The notes: generated by a model from the sequence alone, not told the origin. Shown: positions 18,407-27,882, counted from the first letter of the stretch. The stretch is 64,000 bases of DNA from Pseudomonadales bacterium (GCA_019090315.1 JAHRWD010000014.1:66011-130010), one strand, 5' to 3'. Numbers and translations: made by a program.

Positions 18407-20005
18407 ATGTCCAGAATATCGAAAGGTCTGCACATCGATGAGCCGCTACGACACGCGGCCCATAAACGCCCCATTTCACGCCGTGATTTTGTTTCGCAGG
18501 GGTTTATGGCAGGCGCGGGTACCGTGGTCGGCACATCAATGTTCAGTATGTTTGCCAATCCACGTAGCGCCATGGCAGCACTGTCACCGGAATTTGAAGG
18601 TGAAGGCGGCCTAAAGGATATCTGTGGCATCAAGGGTGCCGGTGCCGGAAAAATACCATTTATCTGTTTTGATCTTGCCGGTGGTGCCAACATTGCTGGT
18701 TCAAATGTCCTGGTCGGTCAGCAAGGTGGTCAGCTAGATTTTCTCAGTACATCTGGCTACAGCAAGTTGGGACTACCTGGGGATATGATTCCGCCTATTC
18801 TCAATCCGGATACCGGTCTGAGTGACTTTATCAATACTGAGCTGGGACTGGCATTTCACTCTGATAGTGCATTTTTACGAGGAATTATTGAGCGTACTTC
18901 CCCGACCACCCGTGCCAATATCAATGGTGCGGTTATCCCTGCCCGTTCCAATAACGATACCGGTAATAACCCCCACAACCCTATGTACGGTATAGCAAAA
19001 GCTGGATCAGATGGCTCTTTACTAAACCTGATCGGCTCATCCAACTCTGAATCCGGTGGCAACTCAATGGCCCCCGCAGCATTGGTCGATCCTGAAGCAC
19101 GACCCTCCAAGATAGACCGCCCCAGTGATGTTACCGGTCTTGTGGACATCGGTGATCTGACGGAGTTATTGGGCCAGGAAGATGCGGTTGCGGTGATGGA
19201 ATCGATCTACCGAATCAGCAATAGTAAACTTGGTCAGGTCGATACCCAGCTCACCAGTGCTGCTGATGCACTCGTTAAGCAACTGGTCGAATGTGGCTAT
19301 ATAAAAAGTGCCGATATTGCAGACCGGTTTGGAGATCCGTCTGAGCTGAATCCAGAGCTGGATACCAACATCGTTGCTCCTAGTGGTGCTATTTTTACAA
19401 CTGATGAGTTTAACGCTGATAGTGAATTCAGGAAAACAGCTTCGGTAATGAAACTGGTTACCAATGGTTATGCCGGTGCCGGTACCATTACTATGGGCGG
19501 TTATGATTACCACACCGGTAATCGTTCAACCGGAGAGCAAAGGGATCTACGTGCCGGTCGTTGTATGGGCGCCTGCCTTGAATATGCGGCGCGAGCTGGA
19601 GTACCACTGATGATGTATGTATTCAGTGACGGTTCGGTATCCAGTAACGGTATGATTGATGAGTCTGAAAATGGCCGTGGAAAAGGGGTTTGGACTAGTG
19701 ATAACGGCTCTACCGCTACTCCATTCTTTTTAGTCTACAACCCCGGTGGCCGTCCCCAGTTGATGGGGGCTCCAGAGGAGCAGGCGATGCACCAGCAGAT
19801 CGGCTACATGAGTTCTGATGCATCGGTAAGCACCGCTTCATCCCCGGCGGCCAACAACGTGAACTTGCTCGTCAACACCGTACTCCTCAACTACATGGCA
19901 TTACATGGAGAACAGGAAAATTTTGGCACCCTATTTCCAGGCCATGGCCTGGGGAATGCTGCCAGCCAGGATGCGATGACCGCATTTGAGCGCGGCACAA
20001 TATAA
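18407..20005 (+). CDS. Tat-exported DUF1501-like (sulfatase/alkaline-phosphatase fold) protein
   Basis: The twin-arginine motif SRRDFV lies at nt 18476-18493 and is followed by a hydrophobic stretch. DUF1501-like blocks are present (FICFDLAGGANIAG, MGGYDYHTGN, VFSDGSV, TSDNGST). The ATG at 18407 is preceded by agga. Confidence 0.6.
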   Translation: MSRISKGLHIDEPLRHAAHKRPISRRDFVSQGFMAGAGTVVGTSMFSMFANPRSAMAALSPEFEGEGGLKDICGIKGAGAGKIPFICFDLAGGANIAGSNVLVGQQGGQLDFLSTSGYSKLGLPGDMIPPILNPDTGLSDFINTELGLAFHSDSAFLRGIIERTSPTTRANINGAVIPARSNNDTGNNPHNPMYGIAKAGSDGSLLNLIGSSNSESGGNSMAPAALVDPEARPSKIDRPSDVTGLVDIGDLTELLGQEDAVAVMESIYRISNSKLGQVDTQLTSAADALVKQLVECGYIKSADIADRFGDPSELNPELDTNIVAPSGAIFTTDEFNADSEFRKTASVMKLVTNGYAGAGTITMGGYDYHTGNRSTGEQRDLRAGRCMGACLEYAARAGVPLMMYVFSDGSVSSNGMIDESENGRGKGVWTSDNGSTATPFFLVYNPGGRPQLMGAPEEQAMHQQIGYMSSDASVSTASSPAANNVNLLVNTVLLNYMALHGEQENFGTLFPGHGLGNAASQDAMTAFERGTI

Positions 20006-20018
20006 AAAATCGTTGTGA

Positions 20019-20042
20019 ACGGGAGAGCATGGTAGCTCTCCC
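20019..20042. terminator. hairpin between convergent genes (DUF1501-like and nrdB)
   Basis: Perfect 9-bp stem, cgggagagc-atggta-gctctcccg. The flanking U-tract is weak on both strands. Confidence 0.4.
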
Positions 20043-20069
20043 GCAAACATAGTATTTCCCAAGCTAAGG

Positions 20070-21212
20070 TCATGCCCAAACCAGTGCCCCGCCGGTCTGA
20101 TATTCGGTAACTCTTGTCTCGAAGAAGTTTTTCTCTTTGCGCAGATTGGCCTGTTCATCTAACCAGGGCAGGCTATTTTCCGCGCCGGGGAATGGCTCCT
20201 CAAAACCCAGTGAACGGGAACGTCGGTTGGCCATAAAACGAAACTGTTCAACGTGATCTTCTTTTACGTAACCCAGTATCGGGTTTTGTAACAAATAATC
20301 CGCATATTCAATTTCAGCGGCCTCCGCTTCATCCCATATCTCTCGCACCGCAACCGGATCTAACTGCAAATTCTCTTCCTTAAAAATCTGCTTTAATACG
20401 CGGATACCAAAGGAGCAGTGCATCACTTCGTCCCGCATAATGTACTGCAGTTGTTCGGCGGTTCCTTTCATCAGCCCACGGCGTTGCAGCGCAAATATTG
20501 GGCTAAAACCATTGTAAAACCAGCAGCCTTCAAACACTGCGGCGAAGAAAAAATAAGCCAGTGCAAAGTTCTCAAGTTCGGCACGGTCGGTCAGATCAAT
20601 ATTGGGCCGCAGGATTGAATCCAGCCTTTTATTACAGATCTGTATTTTGCGATGAATCTGCGGCACTACCCGGTAGCGATTATAAATTTCACCCTGATCA
20701 AGCCCCATCGATTCAATACAGTGTTGATAGGTCCAGGTGTGTAATGCTTCTTCATAGACCTGTCGCGCCTGATAAATTTGCAACTCCGGCGCGCTCATTT
20801 TTTCCATCACCGCGAGGCCGATATTACGCATCGCCAAAATATCCGCAGTGGTCAAATAAGCCAGCACAGTTTCGTATACGTGACGCTCTTCGGTGGTGAG
20901 TTTGTGCTGGTAATCGTGTAGATCCTGCGCCATGTTAATGTCCAATGGCGTCCAGTGATTCTTGTTGGCGTTGATAAAATAGTTCCAGGCCCAGGGATAT
21001 TTAAACGGCGCTAGCTGGTTAATATCTGTTTGTCCATTTACTACCCGCTTGTCTTCGGCGTTCACTGGTTTTGGTGTTTCTACTTCACTGTTAAGACCAA
21101 TCTCAGTTTGATTCGCCGCAACCGGTTCAGCGGATTCATCAATTGTTTTTTGTGTTTGCTCTGCCACTTTTGGGCTTACTGGCGCTGCCAGCGGATCATC
21201 CCAGTTCAACAT
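20070..21212 (-). CDS. nrdB: class Ia ribonucleotide reductase beta subunit
   Basis: Ferritin-like R2 protein with a Pseudomonas-type N-terminal extension (MLNWDD...KRVVNGQTDINQLAPFKYPWAW). It lies directly downstream of nrdA. Confidence 0.9.
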   Translation of the reverse strand: MLNWDDPLAAPVSPKVAEQTQKTIDESAEPVAANQTEIGLNSEVETPKPVNAEDKRVVNGQTDINQLAPFKYPWAWNYFINANKNHWTPLDINMAQDLHDYQHKLTTEERHVYETVLAYLTTADILAMRNIGLAVMEKMSAPELQIYQARQVYEEALHTWTYQHCIESMGLDQGEIYNRYRVVPQIHRKIQICNKRLDSILRPNIDLTDRAELENFALAYFFFAAVFEGCWFYNGFSPIFALQRRGLMKGTAEQLQYIMRDEVMHCSFGIRVLKQIFKEENLQLDPVAVREIWDEAEAAEIEYADYLLQNPILGYVKEDHVEQFRFMANRRSRSLGFEEPFPGAENSLPWLDEQANLRKEKNFFETRVTEYQTGGALVWA

Positions 21213-21256
21213 AATTTTTCTCCCGAACTTTTCATTATTTAGTATTCATAGTTTGA

Positions 21257-24085
21257 CTACTGACAGGCTTCGCAGTCTGGATCCAGAATCGAGCAAACTT
21301 GAGGTTCACTTTGAGTTTCGGAGGGCTGATTAGCGGTTGTTTTTTCCAGATGGGTTGCCCCCAAAGAACGCAGGTAATAGGTAGTTTTAAGACCACGCAC
21401 CCAGGCTAATTTATATAAGTTATCAAGTTTTACACCGGAGGGTTCTGCCATATACAGGTTCAGGCTTTGGGCCTGATCCAACCATTTTTGACGACGCGAG
21501 CCCGCCTCAATCAACCAGCGGGAATCAATCTCGAAAGCGGTGGCGTAGAGTGCTTTGATATCTGCCGGTACACGTTCAATAGAAGCCACCGATCCATCAA
21601 AATATTTAAGATCACTGACCATCACCGCATCCCACAAACCAAGTTTTTTGAGATCATCAACAAGGTAAGGATTCACAGTAGTGAACTCGCCGGACAGGTT
21701 GGATTTCACATAAAGATTCTGATATATCGGTTCAATCGATTGGGAAACACCGCATATATTAGAGATAGTTGCGGTGGGCGCTATCGCTAGGCAGTTGCTA
21801 TTACGCATGCCGTGTAAATCGATACGGTTTCGCAAACTTTGCCAATCCAGAGTTTCTGTTTGATCAACCTGAAGATAGTCGCCACGCTGATCCGCCAACC
21901 TCTGCAATGAATCAATCGGCAAAACTCCCTGACTCCAGAGTGAACCCTGATAACTGGAATAACGCCCACGCTCCTGCGCCAGATCACAGGATGCAGAGAT
22001 GGCCTGATAGCTCACCATCTCCATCGACTGATCAGCAAAACTGACCGCTTCTTCGCTGCTATAGGCGATACCCAATTTATACAGGCAATCCTGAAAACCC
22101 ATGATGCCAAGGCCAACCGGTCGATGGCGCAGATTGGAGTTGCGCGCCTGGGGTACGTTGTAAAAATTGTAGTCAATGACGTTGTCGAGCATACGCATTG
22201 CAGTGCTAATGGTGCGCTGTAACTTTGCTTGATCGAGTCCATTTTCATCGACGTGCGCAGGCAGGTTTACCGAACCCAAATTACACACTGCAATTTCATC
22301 GGCGCTGGTATGCAGGGTTATTTCGGTACAAAGATTTGAGCTGTGTACCACACCCACATGCTGATTGGTATAGCGAATATTGCAGGGGTCTTTGAAGGCA
22401 ATCCAGGGGTGGCCTGTTTCAAACAGCATTCCCAGCATCTTGCGCCATAGTTCTTCCGCCTTGACGGTTTTGTATAAACGCATTTCACCACGGCTGGCGC
22501 GCTGCTCAAACTCAACATAGGCGCGGTCAAATTCAGCGCCACAGAGTTCGTGCAACGTCGGCACCTCTTCCGGGGAAAACAGGGTCCAGTCACCCTGCTC
22601 CGCAACCCGTTTCATAAACAGATCCGGTACCCAGTTGGCGCTGTTCATATCGTGGGTGCGGCGGCGTTCGTCACCGGTATTTTTGCGTAACTCCAGAAAT
22701 TCTTCGATGTCGATATGCCAGGTTTCCAGATAGGCGCAGACAGCCCCCTTTCGCTTACCGCCCTGATTGACCGCAACCGCAGTATCGTTGGCCACCTTTA
22801 GGAAAGGCACTACACCCTGGGATACGCCGTTGGTGCCTTTGATTGCAGCGCCAAGGCCACGTACTGAGGTCCAGTCATTACCTAATCCGCCGGCGTATTT
22901 GGATAACAGTGCGTTGTCTTTCACCGCATCGTAGATGCCCGCCAGATCATCGGGAACCGTGGTCAGATAACAGCTGGATAATTGCGGTCGTGGAGTGCCT
23001 GAATTAAACAACGTTGGAGTTGAGCACATAAAATCAAACGAGCTAAGCAGCTGGTAAAACTCAATCGCACGGGCTTCCCGATCGATTTCATTAATCGCCA
23101 ATCCCATCGCCACCCGCATAAAAAATGCCTGGGGTAGCTCGATGCGAATCTGACCACTGTGAATAAAATAACGGTCGTAAAGGGTCTGCAAACCCAGGTA
23201 GGTAAATTGCAGGTCACGCTCTGGTTTGATCGCTTTGGTCATTTTTTTCAAATCATAACGGCTTAGTTCCGGATCCAGCAGTTCCAGCTCCACTGCCCGA
23301 TTGATATAGGCGGTAAAGTAATCTCTATAGCACTCGGCCATTTCCCCAACGTTGGGGGATTCCATACGATTGTGAACAAAACTGAGCGCTTCGCTGCGCA
23401 TGTTATCGAGTAACAAACGTGCGGCCAGGTAGCTGTATTCCGGCTCCTGATCAATGCGGGTGCGGGCGCTCATCACCAATGCGGTACGTAGATCTTCATC
23501 ACGCATACCATCGAACAGGCTGCGCTGCAGGTCTTCAAATATCTGTTCTGGATCAACCTCGTTTAAATCCTGGCTGGCTTCGACAATGCGGCGTTTTAAC
23601 TGTTCGAGATTAAGCGCTGAACTGGAACCATCGGCATAAACAATCTGCAGGGGTTTGACTCCATCATCCGACTGGCTTGCTACTTCATCCCGCTGTTCTG
23701 CGTGGCGTGCCCGGTACAGCACATAAGCACGGGCGACTTTGTGCTCGCCGCTACGCATCAGCGCCAGCTCTACTTGATCCTGAATATCTTCAATATGCAC
23801 TGTGCCGTTGTTGCCGTGGCTGCGAAACAACCCCGCGGTGATCTGCTCTGATAATTGCGCGACTAGCTGGTGAATGCGGCTGGAGTCATCACCATTAGCC
23901 TCTTCAGTAGCCAAAAACGCTTTGGTGATTGCGACTACAATTTTGTTTTTATCGAAGGGGGTACGAATGCCGTTGCGACGAATAACAAAGTAATCTGACG
24001 CACCGGACTGGGCGGGTATGTTGTCGGAGGATAGCGGTGGAACAGGGGTAGCACTATTGGCAGTAAGACTGTTTTGCAAAGGCAT
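21257..24085 (-). CDS. nrdA: class Ia ribonucleotide reductase alpha subunit
   Basis: Contains ATP-cone regions and a catalytic core, with the C-terminal redox pair CEAC. I prefer the ATG at 24085 because GGGAGG sits 5 nt upstream. The ORF track start at 24142 is a TTG. Confidence 0.9.
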   Translation of the reverse strand: MPLQNSLTANSATPVPPLSSDNIPAQSGASDYFVIRRNGIRTPFDKNKIVVAITKAFLATEEANGDDSSRIHQLVAQLSEQITAGLFRSHGNNGTVHIEDIQDQVELALMRSGEHKVARAYVLYRARHAEQRDEVASQSDDGVKPLQIVYADGSSSALNLEQLKRRIVEASQDLNEVDPEQIFEDLQRSLFDGMRDEDLRTALVMSARTRIDQEPEYSYLAARLLLDNMRSEALSFVHNRMESPNVGEMAECYRDYFTAYINRAVELELLDPELSRYDLKKMTKAIKPERDLQFTYLGLQTLYDRYFIHSGQIRIELPQAFFMRVAMGLAINEIDREARAIEFYQLLSSFDFMCSTPTLFNSGTPRPQLSSCYLTTVPDDLAGIYDAVKDNALLSKYAGGLGNDWTSVRGLGAAIKGTNGVSQGVVPFLKVANDTAVAVNQGGKRKGAVCAYLETWHIDIEEFLELRKNTGDERRRTHDMNSANWVPDLFMKRVAEQGDWTLFSPEEVPTLHELCGAEFDRAYVEFEQRASRGEMRLYKTVKAEELWRKMLGMLFETGHPWIAFKDPCNIRYTNQHVGVVHSSNLCTEITLHTSADEIAVCNLGSVNLPAHVDENGLDQAKLQRTISTAMRMLDNVIDYNFYNVPQARNSNLRHRPVGLGIMGFQDCLYKLGIAYSSEEAVSFADQSMEMVSYQAISASCDLAQERGRYSSYQGSLWSQGVLPIDSLQRLADQRGDYLQVDQTETLDWQSLRNRIDLHGMRNSNCLAIAPTATISNICGVSQSIEPIYQNLYVKSNLSGEFTTVNPYLVDDLKKLGLWDAVMVSDLKYFDGSVASIERVPADIKALYATAFEIDSRWLIEAGSRRQKWLDQAQSLNLYMAEPSGVKLDNLYKLAWVRGLKTTYYLRSLGATHLEKTTANQPSETQSEPQVCSILDPDCEACQ

Positions 24086-24337
24086 GGAAGCCTCCCGAAG
24101 TAACCTGATTGATGGAATACTGGATTCCTTAAAAAGGCTCAAAACGGTGGATCAATCGTGCGGGAGGGGACGATAGGCGGGAGGAAGAATTGAACTACCC
24201 GCTATCACCACCAGACACCTTGACGCGAGGTTTTGGGCAGTTTGTTCATTGGCGGGTATCGGACTGAGAAAATAGCTAATCAGCTATTTTCAACACCGTT
24301 GCGCGACAGTCCCGGATTCTAACCGGCTTCCCCACAA

Positions 24338-24383
24338 CACAATATAATGTGCTATAAAAATGAATTGACCACAAGATATAGAG
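24338..24383. promoter_or_regulatory. two NrdR-box-like palindromes upstream of nrdA
   Basis: cacaatataatgtg (24338-24351) and cacaagatatagag (24370-24383) have centres 32 bp apart. This fits the tandem arrangement of NrdR boxes (consensus acaCwAtATaTwGtgt, from memory). Confidence 0.45.
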
Positions 24384-24429
24384 ATCTAACGGCCATTGCA
24401 AGATCAAATTTACTTTTATTCACCACCAC

Positions 24430-25326
24430 TCAGGGCGTCTGATTCATCTCTCTAGCCAGCTCGATAAAGGCCCGCAGGTAACTGGTTTGAGCATCGTTTT
24501 CCCGTACCGCAGCGTACAACATACCCTTCATACCCTGCTGGCCCAACTGCCGAGTCAGTAGTCTGTTTTCCGATAGTGGGTCCCGCAATATCCAGTCGGG
24601 TAATGCGGCAACACCCTGCTTTACCGCCACTAGCTGCAAGATCATGGTGGTGAGCTCTACCCTGCGCACACGTTCTGGTTCAACCTCGGCGGGGTTTAAA
24701 AACCGTTTGAAAATATCCAGCCTGCCCCTATCCACCGGATAGGTAATCAGGGTTTGCTGCGCAAGATGTGTGGGCTCTATCCAGTCCTGTTCCAGCAATG
24801 GATGATCATTCGCCAGCGCTAGCAGAGATTCATATTCAAACAGCTCAATGTATTCGATATCCGGCAGATCAACCCGGTCTGACGAGATCACCAGATCCAC
24901 TTCACCGTGGCTGAGAGCGGGCAGCGGTTCGAAGCTCATGCTCATCCGAATATCCACTTCAACATCGGGCCAGTGCCGGTGGTATTGCTCCAGCGTCGGC
25001 AGTAACCATTCAAAACAGGCGTGGCACTCGATGGTGATATGCAGCCGCCCAGTATCCCCGGCGGACAGATTGCGCAGTTTGGTTTCGGTACGTTCTACCA
25101 GCGGCAGTACCTGCTCTGCCAGTGTAACCAGCTGTTGCCCAGCGTGGGTCAGGCGCAGCGGTTTGTGATTACGCAGAAACAGCACCACATCAAAATAGTT
25201 CTCGATCGCTTTGATTTGATGGGATAGCGCCGAGGGTGTCAGGTGCAGCAGTTCGGCGGCCTGTATCAGGTTTTCGCTTCGATCAATTGCGCGCAGGGAG
25301 CGAAGGTGTCTTAGCTCAAGAAACAT
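24430..25326 (-). CDS. metR: LysR-family transcriptional activator MetR
   Basis: Has a LysR N-terminal HTH (LIQAAELLHLTPSALSHQIKAIE) and is divergent from metE, the classical arrangement. Confidence 0.8.
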   Translation of the reverse strand: MFLELRHLRSLRAIDRSENLIQAAELLHLTPSALSHQIKAIENYFDVVLFLRNHKPLRLTHAGQQLVTLAEQVLPLVERTETKLRNLSAGDTGRLHITIECHACFEWLLPTLEQYHRHWPDVEVDIRMSMSFEPLPALSHGEVDLVISSDRVDLPDIEYIELFEYESLLALANDHPLLEQDWIEPTHLAQQTLITYPVDRGRLDIFKRFLNPAEVEPERVRRVELTTMILQLVAVKQGVAALPDWILRDPLSENRLLTRQLGQQGMKGMLYAAVRENDAQTSYLRAFIELAREMNQTP

Positions 25327-25378
25327 AGCGAACTCCTAAGAAGAGCGGCTCTGGGGAAATAGCGGCTCACAAAAAAAA

Positions 25379-25391
25379 TGAATACAGCTCA
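25379..25391. promoter_or_regulatory. putative MetR binding site
   Basis: tgaatacagctca matches the TGAA-N5-CTCA / T-N11-A pattern. It lies in the metR-metE divergent intergenic region. Confidence 0.35.
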
Positions 25392-25529
25392 TGTTAACGA
25401 TAAATTAGATGAGATTGATTCAATCATAACAGATCCGGATACTGCTACGCCTATCGAGTCATTCATCTGGCTCTCAACCCAATCACCCACCTAACCTCCC
25501 AACCCAATCTCAAACTACTGGAAACTGTA

Positions 25530-27818
25530 ATGGCATTAATTCATAACCTTGGTTATCCGCGCATCGGCAATCAGCGGCAACTTAAAAAAGCGGTGGAGGC
25601 CTACTGGAAAGGCTCCATCAGTCAGGCTGATCTCATAAAAACCGGCGAGCGGTTGCGTGCTGAGCACTGGCAAATTCAGGCGGATGCGGGGGTTGAGCTG
25701 ATACCGGTTGGGGATTTTTCCTGGTACGACCAGATTCTCGATATGAGCACGCTGCTGGGCGTAGTGCCTCCACGGTTCCAGATTGACGCAGATTTGTCAC
25801 CACTAGATACCTATTTCCTGATGGCCCGTGGCCAGGTTACGGTGAATGGCGAAACCCATAATGCCGCCGCTTCTGAAATGACAAAGTGGTTTGATACCAA
25901 CTACCACTACATGGTGCCGGAGTTTTACCCTGAGCAATGCTTCGAGCTGAACGCCAGCAAACTGATCGATGAAATCAAACAGGCGCAACAGCTTGGGCAC
26001 GCGATTAAGCCGGTCATTATTGGCCCGCTAACCTACCTATGGCTGGGTAAAAACAAAGATGGTTTGACCGACAAACTCGCTTTGCTCGAACAACTGATTC
26101 CGGTTTATCAGGATTTATTCGAACAGCTAGAACAGTGTGGTATCGAATGGTTACAAATCGACGAGCCGATTCTAACCTTAGACCTGCCGCAAAAATGGCT
26201 GACGGCTTTTCACACTACTTACCAGTCACTTCAATCCCGAGCTTTCAAAATTTTACTGGCCACCTATTTCGGTGATTTTGAAGACAATCTCTCGGTGGCG
26301 CTGGCGCTACCGGTTGAGGGTATTCATATCGATGTTGTGCAAGCTTCTGAGCAGTTAGTGCCAACATTGGAACAGTTGCCTGACGACAAAATACTATCGG
26401 TTGGTATTATTGATGGTCGCAATATCTGGCGCAATCATCTCAGCCTCTCCTATGAAAAGCTGAGCGCCATTCAAACCCAGATTGGCGAGCGGCTTTGGGT
26501 CGCACCCTCCTGTTCGTTGTTACATGTACCTTGCGATGTTGAACAGGAAACCTCAATCGACCCGGAACAGCTATCGTGGCTTGCATTTGCCCAGCAAAAA
26601 TTGACCGAATTGCAAATACTCGGCGACGGACTAAACAAAGGCCATGATGCCATTCGGCAATTGCTCGATGATTCAGATCAAAAACTAGCAAGCCGCCGCC
26701 AGTCACCCAGAATCCATAACCTGGCGGTTCAAACACGTATGTCTGAATTGACCCAGTCGATGACAGAGCGGGCAACGCCTTATTCAAAGCGGATAGAAAA
26801 ACAGAATATCTGGCTTAATTTGCCGCTTTACCCCACCACGACGATTGGCTCTTTTCCGCAAACCAAAGAGATCCGTGAGGCGCGTAAGGATTTTAAAAAC
26901 GGCGCAATTGGTGAAGGTCAATACAAGCAGTTTTTAAAAGATGAGATCGCTATCTGTGTCGAAAAGCAAAACGAAATTGGTCTCGATGTACTGGTGCATG
27001 GTGAAGCCGAGCGTAACGACATGGTCGAATATTTTGGCGAGCAGCTGGAGGGTTTCCTGTTCACCGCTTATGGTTGGGTGCAGTCCTACGGTTCCCGTTG
27101 TGTAAAGCCACCGATCATCTATGGTGACGTTTCACGGGCAAAACCGATGACAGTCGAGTGGAGCAGATACGCCCAGAGTTTGACCGACAAACCGATGAAA
27201 GGAATGCTGACAGGGCCAGTGACCATATTAAACTGGTCCTTTGTACGCAACGACCAGGGCCGTGGCCAAACCTGCACCCAGATAGCACTGGCGCTACGGG
27301 ATGAAGTACAGGATCTGGAAGCCGCAGGCATCAAATTGATCCAAATAGATGAAGCCGCTTTGCGGGAAGGTTTACCCCTGCGAAGGTCAGACTGGAAATA
27401 CTATCTGGACTGGGCGGTACGGGCGTTTCGAATTACATCATCCGGAGTAGCCGACGATACGCAAATCCATACCCACATGTGTTATTCAGAGTTCAACGAT
27501 ATCATCGAAGCGGTCGCAGAGATGGATGCGGATGTGATCACTATCGAAACATCCCGGTCGGATATGAAACTGCTCGATGTGTTTAAACGTTACGAATACC
27601 CCAACCAGATTGGGCCGGGGGTTTATGATATTCACTCGCCATCGGTTCCGCGGCAGCAGCAAATAATTGAATTGATCCAAAATGCCGCAGAAAGGATTCC
27701 CGCGGAACGGTTATGGGTAAACCCGGACTGTGGATTAAAAACCCGCGGCTGGCCAGAAGTGACTGAAGCACTTACGCAGATGGTGGCCGCGGCTGGACAG
27801 TTACGTCAGAATCGCTAG
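25530..27818 (+). CDS. metE: cobalamin-independent methionine synthase
   Basis: 762-aa two-domain MetE (MALIHNLGYPRIG...). The zinc-site region HTHMCYSEFNDI and the CGLKTR motif are present. Confidence 0.95.
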   Translation: MALIHNLGYPRIGNQRQLKKAVEAYWKGSISQADLIKTGERLRAEHWQIQADAGVELIPVGDFSWYDQILDMSTLLGVVPPRFQIDADLSPLDTYFLMARGQVTVNGETHNAAASEMTKWFDTNYHYMVPEFYPEQCFELNASKLIDEIKQAQQLGHAIKPVIIGPLTYLWLGKNKDGLTDKLALLEQLIPVYQDLFEQLEQCGIEWLQIDEPILTLDLPQKWLTAFHTTYQSLQSRAFKILLATYFGDFEDNLSVALALPVEGIHIDVVQASEQLVPTLEQLPDDKILSVGIIDGRNIWRNHLSLSYEKLSAIQTQIGERLWVAPSCSLLHVPCDVEQETSIDPEQLSWLAFAQQKLTELQILGDGLNKGHDAIRQLLDDSDQKLASRRQSPRIHNLAVQTRMSELTQSMTERATPYSKRIEKQNIWLNLPLYPTTTIGSFPQTKEIREARKDFKNGAIGEGQYKQFLKDEIAICVEKQNEIGLDVLVHGEAERNDMVEYFGEQLEGFLFTAYGWVQSYGSRCVKPPIIYGDVSRAKPMTVEWSRYAQSLTDKPMKGMLTGPVTILNWSFVRNDQGRGQTCTQIALALRDEVQDLEAAGIKLIQIDEAALREGLPLRRSDWKYYLDWAVRAFRITSSGVADDTQIHTHMCYSEFNDIIEAVAEMDADVITIETSRSDMKLLDVFKRYEYPNQIGPGVYDIHSPSVPRQQQIIELIQNAAERIPAERLWVNPDCGLKTRGWPEVTEALTQMVAAAGQLRQNR

Positions 27819-27838
27819 CTTTCTAGCGCAAAACTAAA

Positions 27839-27882
27839 AATCTTCGGATTGGGAAATATTTGTAAAACCCAATCCGAAGATT
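27839..27882. terminator. bidirectional rho-independent terminator between metE and the rhodanese gene
   Basis: Perfect 15-bp inverted repeat, aatcttcggattggg ... cccaatccgaagatt. It is flanked by an A-run upstream and atttcttc downstream. Confidence 0.7.

Noticed and set aside
21467-23639. Many 60-110-aa ORFs on both strands inside nrdA, for example 21467-21790, 22318-22605 and 23419-23613.
   Set aside because: They lie entirely within a strongly supported 942-aa gene. They have no RBS or recognisable motifs. They are frame-shadow ORFs typical of this composition.
25327-25529. Expected cobalamin riboswitch upstream of metE.
   Set aside because: No B12 box or gccactg/gggaagg blocks are present on either strand. 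The region is short and contains a MetR-type site instead.
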